Shown: in pieces, positions 55,454 through 64,000 of the stretch
Position numbering within the stretch: position 1 is the stretch's first letter
How the letters are laid out: every line of letters starts with the position of its first letter
Assembly: GCA_964016885.1 (NCBI GenBank)
Contig: OZ024744.1
Span: 84,320,001-84,384,000, forward strand
Length of the DNA stretch: 64,000 nucleotides
Direction of reading: 5' to 3'
Source of the DNA: Eledone cirrhosa
Lineage: Eukaryota
Notes under the pieces: generated by a model
Told to the model about the DNA's origin: nothing
Database searches by the model: none
The model's input: the letters and a program-made list of their open reading frames with translations, nothing else
Program-made: the position numbers and the translations under genes

Positions 55454-57411
55454 CACTGGTCAACAAAAAAATATTCATTTCATGGTTCTGGTATAATTTA
55501 GTATGATTCTAGAGTAATCAAGTGTGCAGAATCTGAATATGACAACGGTTAAGCTGTATCGGGTCTAGTTTTCGAGAACCAGCATATCCATGTTTATGAC
55601 CCATAGCTATGTGGCTCATATTACTTCATCCAATTGTATCCACTATATTTAGTTAACTAATTTATACTTACTGCTTTTGTTTCAGATCACAGAATTGTAA
55701 CTATCCTCAGCTATTCTTGGATAATTCACAACTACTTTGACTAGTGGGAGAGATGAAACGCCGGAAATGTGTAAATGACCCGGACCGATTTTGCTATATT
55801 TGTGGACTCTTTACCCCAGAAAGCATAAAGAAACCAATCACAAAAGCAGTTCGAGTAAACTACAAATGCTACTTCAAATGTCCATTAGGAGACCAGGACA
55901 AGAAATGGGCGCTTCATATAACGTGTAGGTCATGTGTTAATCACCTAAGTGAATGGAAGAATGGGAAACGAAGCTCTGGTTTGCCATTTGCCGTACCAAT
56001 GGTGTGGCGAGAACCAAAAGACCACAATAACGATTGCTACTTCTGCCATATAAACATCCAAGGAATAACTGTGAAGACACGAACTACACTTCAATATGCC
56101 GATATCTCGTCAGCAATCCTACCAGTACCTCACAGTGACGAATTACCTGTTCCAGTTCCACCTGCTGATTCTGATTCCAATAGCACCCATATTGATGATG
56201 CTTATCAAGACGAACATGAGACAAGTTAACCCATACCATTTAACCAGGAAGCTCTTCATGATCTCATTAGAGACCTACATTTGTCTAAAGAAAAGGCAGA
56301 GCTCCTGGGATCAAGACTGAAGCAACGAAACCAGCTGGAACCTGGCGTCGGCATCACAACCGTTCGTCATCGTCATAAACCACTTAATTAGTCTACTTCT
56401 AGGTCTTCAGACTGGTTACACAAAGCATATGTGTATTCTATGTTTGTGGAATAGTAGAGCAGATGCGGAGCACTACATGAAGAAGGATTGGCCAACAAGA
56501 CCGAAGGATGCACCCGGTAGATTCAACTGTCTGTACAAACCTCTCGTGGATCCAGAAAAAGTATTCCTCCCTCCATTACATCTCAAATTAGGCTTGGCCA
56601 AAAACTTTATTAAAAGCATGGATCATACGGGTAATGGGTGTCAGTACTTGTGTAAGAAATTGGGTAGAGTGGTATCTGAAGCAAAGTTAAAAGCAGGGGT
56701 TTTGAATGGTCCTCAGATTCGTATGCTGGTTAATGATAGTCAGTTTACGAAATCACTAAACCCTTTGGAGACTAATGCATGGAAATCATTTGTAGATGTG
56801 ACACAGAACTTTCTTGGAAACCACCGTGCAGACAACTATAAAGAAATTGTTGAAACCATGATACACAATTATCGCGCTCTGGGTTCACGAATGTCGTTGA
56901 AGCTTCATTTCTTCCATTCTCATCTGGATTTCTTCCCAAGTAATCTAGGAGACATCAGTAATGAACATGCAGAGAGGTTTCACCAGGACATTGCCATAAT
57001 GGAGAGTAGGTATCAGGGTCGGTTCAATCCCACCATGATGGACACTGCAACATGAGGAGAGCCAGCAAAACAAGCGTAAAAGCAAAATCCAGAAATTTTT
57101 TTAGAAATGTTTTGAAATATTTTATTATGTTCAGAATGTTGTTCAGAATGTTTTGTTAATATACTAAGTGTTAAAATAAATAAATAAAAATATGTTTATA
57201 TATTTTTATTAATAAGTTAATATGTTTATATCTAAGTCATCATATGTAACACAATGGATAAATAATGCAATAAGAGAAACATATTTTCGATCTCATATTA
57301 AGCCATTCTGGTCCGATAGCAAAAAATGAATATCAAAACTGAATTTACTGCTGTGAAGTTAGTAAGATGCACATATTCACATGTAAGAACCATTTTGGCT
57401 GTTGACCAGTG
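55454..57411 (+). mobile_element. Chapaev3-like DNA transposon, copy 2 (transposase remnant 55753-57055)
   Basis: Same TIRs, same TTA/TAA flanks and same internal deletion as 7356-9313. Confidence 0.85.
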
Positions 57412-57418
57412 TAATACG

Positions 57419-57785
57419 TGAATATAAAAGAAAAACGAACACAGGTATATAGATATATGTGTTCAAATCGTAAGGGACCAGATTCGCTAAGGTGAAAAGA
57501 ATACTAACTTAAATTGAGTCAGGCAAACCCTGTTGTCTATAGTTAGTATTCTTTTCACCTTAATGAATCTGGTCCCTTACGATTTGAACACATGTATGTA
57601 TATATCTGTGTTCGTTTTTCTTTTATATTCAATTATAAAATTATATATTAATATATATATATTTTAATACTGAGGAGCTTCTACAGGACTAGAACTGTAT
57701 CATTCGTGAGAAATCATCAGAAAGCGCCTGATGATTTCCCACGAATGATACAGTTCTAGTCCTGTAGAAGCTCTTCTACATTAAA
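57419..57785. repeat. Twin inverted repeats (copy 3)
   Basis: As 9321-9687. Confidence 0.9.
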
Positions 57786-57869
57786 CATTTATACTCTTCT
57801 ATGTATTGAGTACCTTACTTATTGTGGTTACCCCCGATTCAACCGGGAATAATTTATATATATGTAGTG

Positions 57870-58543
57870 TCGCCGGCAATCACATTGGACGCCGAGCTCT
57901 GGCCAGATCAGTTTCAACCCTCACCACACTTACAGGCCCTAACGGGTCTTTCCATATCCGCCATTCCGCCATATCCGCCATTCCGCCATTCCTTCACCTG
58001 CACATACACCCACGTTGTCTATGCCCTCCGGTGTTCCCTTTGCGGGTCTTTATATATCGGACAAACGAGACGCCGTATGGCGGACCGTTTTGCCGAGCAT
58101 TTGAGGGACATACGACTCGGTTTGAATACTCCTGTCGCCCGTCATTTCTGTTCTATTTGTCATTCTTCCCTACATGTTTCAGTCCTGGGTGTCATTTTAC
58201 AACATGGATCACAGGCCTCGCGCACCAGGACTGAACAAAGTCTGATTCACCGGCTTGTGTCCTATTCCCCTCTTTGACTAAAACTCACCTCCCCAATTTC
58301 TCTAATACTCCGTCCATTATCACACCCCTAGATTCCTATCGCTTTCTCTTGATCTTTAGCAGCTTCTCTTACAACTAATACATGCCGACTATATATGCTC
58401 ACTCCACTTTTCCCTACACTGTTCTGTATACACACATACACACACTTATATTTACATACTTTTGCTCATAGCTTCATACTTACATGCACACACACACTTT
58501 TATTCTCATATACACAATTTTCTTCATAGCTTCGTACGGACGT

Positions 58544-58545
<2 letters not shown>
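57870..58545 (+). mobile_element. Penelope-like GIY-YIG remnant, copy 3
   Basis: As 9770-10440, with the same deletion junction GGCCAG|ATCAGTTTC. Confidence 0.85.
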
Positions 58546-58616
<71 letters not shown>

Positions 58617-58617
<1 letters not shown>

Positions 58618-60900
58618 ACGAAGGAGTTGTGGTAAGAAACCAGATGGACGATAACGCACCAGAGTACTCAATACGTAGGGTTGTAAAGTGGGTAATAGGA
58701 AAATGTATGACCCGACGGCAGAGCTCAAACCGTCGAAACGCTCCGCCTTCACCACTGCCAAGGTCCAGAACCACTAGTCGACCCTCCGGGTCCAAATGTA
58801 CCGTCTGTGTTGCGAGACCCAGATGTTTTTGTAGCAGAACGACAACCCGGGTTGATGCGTGCATCTCAAAGTCGGCAATGGTGGGGGCCAGCTGTCGCAC
58901 GTTGTTGATCCGGGCCTCGCAAATAACTATCACATCTATACGTTGTGAGCTGAGGTCATTTAGAAGCATTGCTTGCTTTGAAGTTGAGCCCAGGCCATGC
59001 GCATTTAGACAACCTACTCTCAACATACCCATGTTGGTGGTGAAGGGAAAAGGCACTTAAATCTCTTCGTCCCGGGTATCGGGCTGCACAATTTCCATGA
59101 GGGTGGCTGATGGGTTGTTGCGTGGGGTGATGGTTTGTGGAAGTGTAGGGGCATCAGTGTGTTGTGTGGTTGGGGTGTTTGGAGTTGTGAGGGTGTTTGG
59201 GGAGGGGGTGGGGAATTTGTTTAGTAAGGCACGGTTAATGGGCCCGACAGGGGGGGTCCGTCCTCTTTAAAGTTGTTCTTTAGCGTTTTATATGTGTCCT
59301 CTGGGGCCTTAATCATTTTGAGGTGGGGGAAATCCTCTGCCTGGGTGAAGTTAGGCCCTTGGGTTTTCACTAAATTGTTGTTGTATACAATGTTTAGCAG
59401 TTTTTTTTCTTGTGTTTATGTATGTGTTAGCATGTTTTTGTTTTTGTGTGGTGTTTTTTGTTTGCTGTTGTTGTGTGCTCTTTTGTGTTGGTGTCTATGT
59501 TATGTTTTGCGGAGGGGTTGTTTTCATTTGTGTGTCTGAGGTGTGTTTTCTTTTTTTCTTTTGATTGTGTGGAAGTGTTCCTCCTCGTCTGACGTCGAAC
59601 GAGGGTCATCTTCCGCGTTGGAGGGGAGGGGTAGATTTTCGGATTGTGTTTGCAGGACGGGTGTTTTGGAAATTGTTATATTTTGAGGGGGGTTGGACAT
59701 TGTTTTGTCTTGGTTTGAGCTGTGGTTGTTGTTTTTGTAGTGATGGTTGTGGTGATTGTGTTGGTTGTGCAGTTGTTGGTGGTGTAGGAAGGATTGGGGT
59801 TTTCTTTTTAAGTTGAGGAAAAACAGCTCTCAGGTGACCTCTGGCTCCACAGAGGTAACAGGAGGGCCGCCTAGCCTCAACGGTAATGTTAATAAAAGTT
59901 TGATAATCCAGTATGACGCGTTCAGGGGTCTGGGCGATCCTTTCGGTCCTCATTTGAACTACAAGTTGGAGGCCCGTTCCACTGAACGCGTCACCCGATG
60001 CCATTCCCATGGATATTAATGTGTCGTCGTCTAGGTCCAGGAAACCTGTCAATACCCACCATATGTCCGTAATCGGAAGGATGGTGCGAATTTTTATTTT
60101 TTGTGCCCTTCTACCCATGTATGTAGGGTAGAAGGTGTATGCGGTGGATGCGAGTGGTTTTATTGACATTTTCGCTGCCGTGTCCCTGTCCTTCATGAGA
60201 ATGGATAGACTCCCGTAGAGTCTATCCTTCTGAATGAATAAGATATCTTTCCTGACATCTTTTAAAACCAGATCTATCCCACTCTCTGATGGTTGAGCTG
60301 GTTTTTTGGTTTTGTTTGAGACTGTCCTAAACATGACAGTGTTTTGGCATCTGCCAGTAGCTCCTTAGCTTTGCTTATATCTACTGGCAGATAGTCGAGG
60401 GTTTTCCTTGCAGTCGGGGCAAAGGAAACCTTTTCCTTGTTCGTGTTGCTGTTGATGTTTTTACCATTGTTGTTGGTGTTGTCTTTATTGTTGCTGTCGT
60501 TGTTGTTTTCAGTTTCTTTTATAGTTGTGGCTACATCAAGTTGTCGGTCTGCAGGTGGAGAAAGTTCTTCCCCTGGCTGACCTCTGCCTTTGGCATCTGC
60601 AGCTGTGACAGGGGAAAGCTCTGAGTTTAACTTCCCTTTTCTTCCTTTGAATGTTGGTGAAGATGCTTCAGCCATTTTTATCAAAGTAGGATTTTTTGAA
60701 ATTTTTCGAAAGATGAAATGTTTACACCACTATTTCGCCTAAAGCCGTAGAATATTTTGAGAGACTGACCGGATCAAAATTTCACCTGGCAGTCCCTCTA
60801 CAAAAATGGTACAAAAATGAAAGTTTACAATTAGGAATTTCTATGAAAATTTAGGCAGAACTTACCCAGCAAGTTTCAGGCGTGTGTCCATCCCAGAGAA
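58617..60900 (-). mobile_element. L1/Tx1-like 5' fragment, longest copy (frameshifted ORF1, ORF2 start about 59032)
   Basis: CYLCGARGH, a Pro/Thr-rich tail, a stop, then MGMLRVGCLNAHGLG. Confidence 0.83.
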
Positions 60901-62935
60901 TAGATAGATAGATAGATAGATATACACACACGCGTGTGGTTTGGTCACAATTGGGTTATCATTCGATTTTGAGAACACAGGGAGAGAAAGAGTGGTGTAG
61001 GATGCATACCAAATATTCTTTTCTTAATACTTCATATGCCACGTATTTCCACTATATTTTATTTTAACGAATGAAAAATAAAGACTTATTTCGTAACGTC
61101 TCCATATTTATGTTATACTCTTTAAGATGAAAGCGTCGACGAAACTTTTTAAGAATCACATCTGTGATGATATTTCCTTGTTTCTCTCTGATGCATATGT
61201 AGGGTCTAGGAGGGGTAAACAGACACTGACGAGCCGACGAGAGAACATCTACGTGGTTTCTCGAAGTTCGTGAACTGAGTGAAATGCCATGGAATTGAAA
61301 CATCGTTGGGAAATATGCTTGTAATCCTAAACAGTGTATTTGTAGGAAACAATATGGTGTCAATCAATTGGGTTATTCCATTCTATGATGTCGATTGTAA
61401 TGAATAAATAACACGAGTAAAAGCCGTGTCGGACGCACACAATGTTTTTTCCTTAATAATTCGTATACCAGGTAATTCCACTCATTTTATTATGTTAAGG
61501 AATAAAAAAAAAAAAAAAAAAAAAATAAAGACATTTCCATATTTATTTTATACTAAAATTAACATTTATTTATCTTTCGAAGCAAGATATAATAATATTT
61601 ATTTAAATTATTAAAAAACAAACAATTTAAAAATCAAATCAGCAATTCGACAAAATACATTTTTTTTTTTTCCTAAATAGAGAAGCAAAATAATGTATTT
61701 TTATCCATTCTGTTAACAACCATTAAAAAGTTCCAGCAACAAAGATGTGACAACAATCGAAGTTTTACCAGCTGTGTTGCAGTATATTTTGAAACATTTC
61801 ACGAATCAACAGCTCGGTAAACTTAAGCTGTGTTACGAAAATGAAAGGTTTTACCCTGCAACAACAGAGGCACCAGTGGTAGCAATTCCCTTTCCAGTGA
61901 ATTCATCTGTGTCTGAGAAAAAAAGAAATATATATATATATCAGAATACATAAATACAGTTGAATGTTGTTTTGATTCAAAAGCATACAACTACAGAGAC
62001 AGCTACATGACATTTTGAAATAAAAATTCTGCCTCATTTAATCGTGCTATCCAATAATGAAGATATAATAACCGATGCCAACATTCTTTTGCAGGTTATG
62101 AACTTAAAAACAGATTTACCAAAGTAAAATAATTCGCCATGTTTCTCAGCACAAGAGAACAGCAGCACTAAAATAAATATATTTCCAGTCTTTTAAACCC
62201 TTTCGTGAGAGGAATCCGAGTCGATTATGTATGTTTTAATATTTAAAAGTATAAATATCTAACAACATTAGGTGATATATAAATAAAAGCTGTAATGTTG
62301 TTCAATATTTAGAGAAATAGATTCACATTATTTTAAGGCTAAATGCTTATTACTTACCAATATTAATGGTGTCTGAATCAAAATTAAGGGTTCTGCATAT
62401 TTGAGGTTTGGGACCATACTTTTTAAAAAGAAAAAATGGTCTATGCTTTCTACGAATAACATGTTCTTTTTTAGGGTAGAATTCCCAAATTTCTATTAGA
62501 ACTGGTTCGCCATTCATTTTGATAGGTTCCTGCTGAAAATAATGTGCGTATTATAAAATAGATTTAAATAAGTAGATACTAATAATTGGCAATAAAAAAA
62601 AAATGAATGAACTTTCTTCAACATTTCATTTCGTATAAACATTTAGAATATAAAGAAAGAAAATACAAGATAAATACTTAGTATATAATGATAAAAATAA
62701 TTAACATTTTAAATATCTTACTTGATGATTCATCGTTAGAAATATATGAAGCTCTGGCAGTCACTGGTAAATTAAATCATGAAATAAATATTTAACTTCC
62801 ACACTATATATAGTGTTGACGTTGGCTCACTTGAACCGTCTTTTTTCTATTTTGGATGGTTGTATTAACAGTTTACCCCTATAACACAAAATGGATTAAC
62901 TTAACTGGCAAGTTTTCATGCGCATATAAACACCC

Positions 62936-63010
<75 letters not shown>

Positions 63011-63011
63011 G

Positions 63012-63112
<101 letters not shown>

Positions 63113-63230
63113 CGAGTGAGAGAGAGAGAGAAAGAGAGAGTAATAATAACAAGTTTGAAGTCTAAAATCCAAAGAGGGCTCGATAAGGATAAGCAGCGAT
63201 TCCTTGCTTAAACTTTAATCTGTTATTTTA

Positions 63231-63322
<92 letters not shown>

Positions 63323-63569
63323 ATATACACATATATATATATTATGAACTATTCAGAACCCTTAATTTTGATTCAGACACCAGTAATATTGTAACTGCTT
63401 GTATTTGCATACCCATAGCGAGTGTTTTCGCGTATGCTTGTGTATGTACGTATATGGATGCGTGTACGTATATTTTTAATTTCAATTACCTCTGTATTTT
63501 ATGTACTTTATTTTTAACTCTGAAGCCGAGAATCATTTGGTTTCCTAAATAGCATTTTATTCTACGCCT

Positions 63570-64000
63570 TCAGTTATACAACAGAACCCTCTGTGTTCAG
63601 GGAACGTGAGGCCGCCTGTGAAACGTGGGACAGGGTGGGACTTAGCACGGTAGACGTCCCTCCTCCTTCTCCCCTGTTGACGTCAAATCCCCCCAACCAG
63701 CACCGCCTTGCTTGTTTTCGTGCGGCCTCCAAACCGCACAGTGGTGCCTGGCTCCATGCTCTGCCCTCCTTCTCCACTGGCACGCAGCTAGACAACAGTA
63801 GCCTGCGAATCGGCGTTTCCCTGAGTGTCGGCCTCCGGATCTGCCAGCCACAACAATGTCGCTGCGGTTCCACCGTGGACTCTTTCGGCCTTCACCCTCT
63901 TTGCTGTCGCCACAGTGCCGGCCGCATTCCACGCCATACTGCCCTCAACAAGGTCATTAAGCATGGCTTGGACGCTGCAGGCTTCCCTTGCCAGCTTGCT
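63570..64000 (+). mobile_element. CRE-like RLE fragment, copy 3 (cut by the window end)
   Basis: Near-identical to 14740-15170. Confidence 0.82.

Overview
AT-rich, microsatellite-rich animal DNA with no recognisable host gene. A tRNA-derived SINE resembling octopod SINEs tentatively suggests a cephalopod. From 2330 onward the window is a diverged tandem array of a 20-28 kb composite unit. Each unit is a decayed RepHel Helitron (3' hairpin plus CTAG at 4684, 25258 and 53114) followed by the same ordered spacer of TE debris: Penelope-like pieces, a Tx1/L1 5' fragment, a CRE-like RLE fragment and a SINE. Units 1 and 3 are sisters about 48.1-48.8 kb apart, sharing a Chapaev3 insertion and several deletions; unit 2 is a different, longer version. 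Features the ORF track does not show: about a dozen intact or degenerate minimal type I hammerhead ribozyme motifs from several sequence families, several long fold-back palindromes built around them, and a predicted two-exon 107-aa ORF with 23-aa STPR-like repeats inside a non-autonomous Helitron. All calls are by eye and boundaries are approximate unless termini are quoted.
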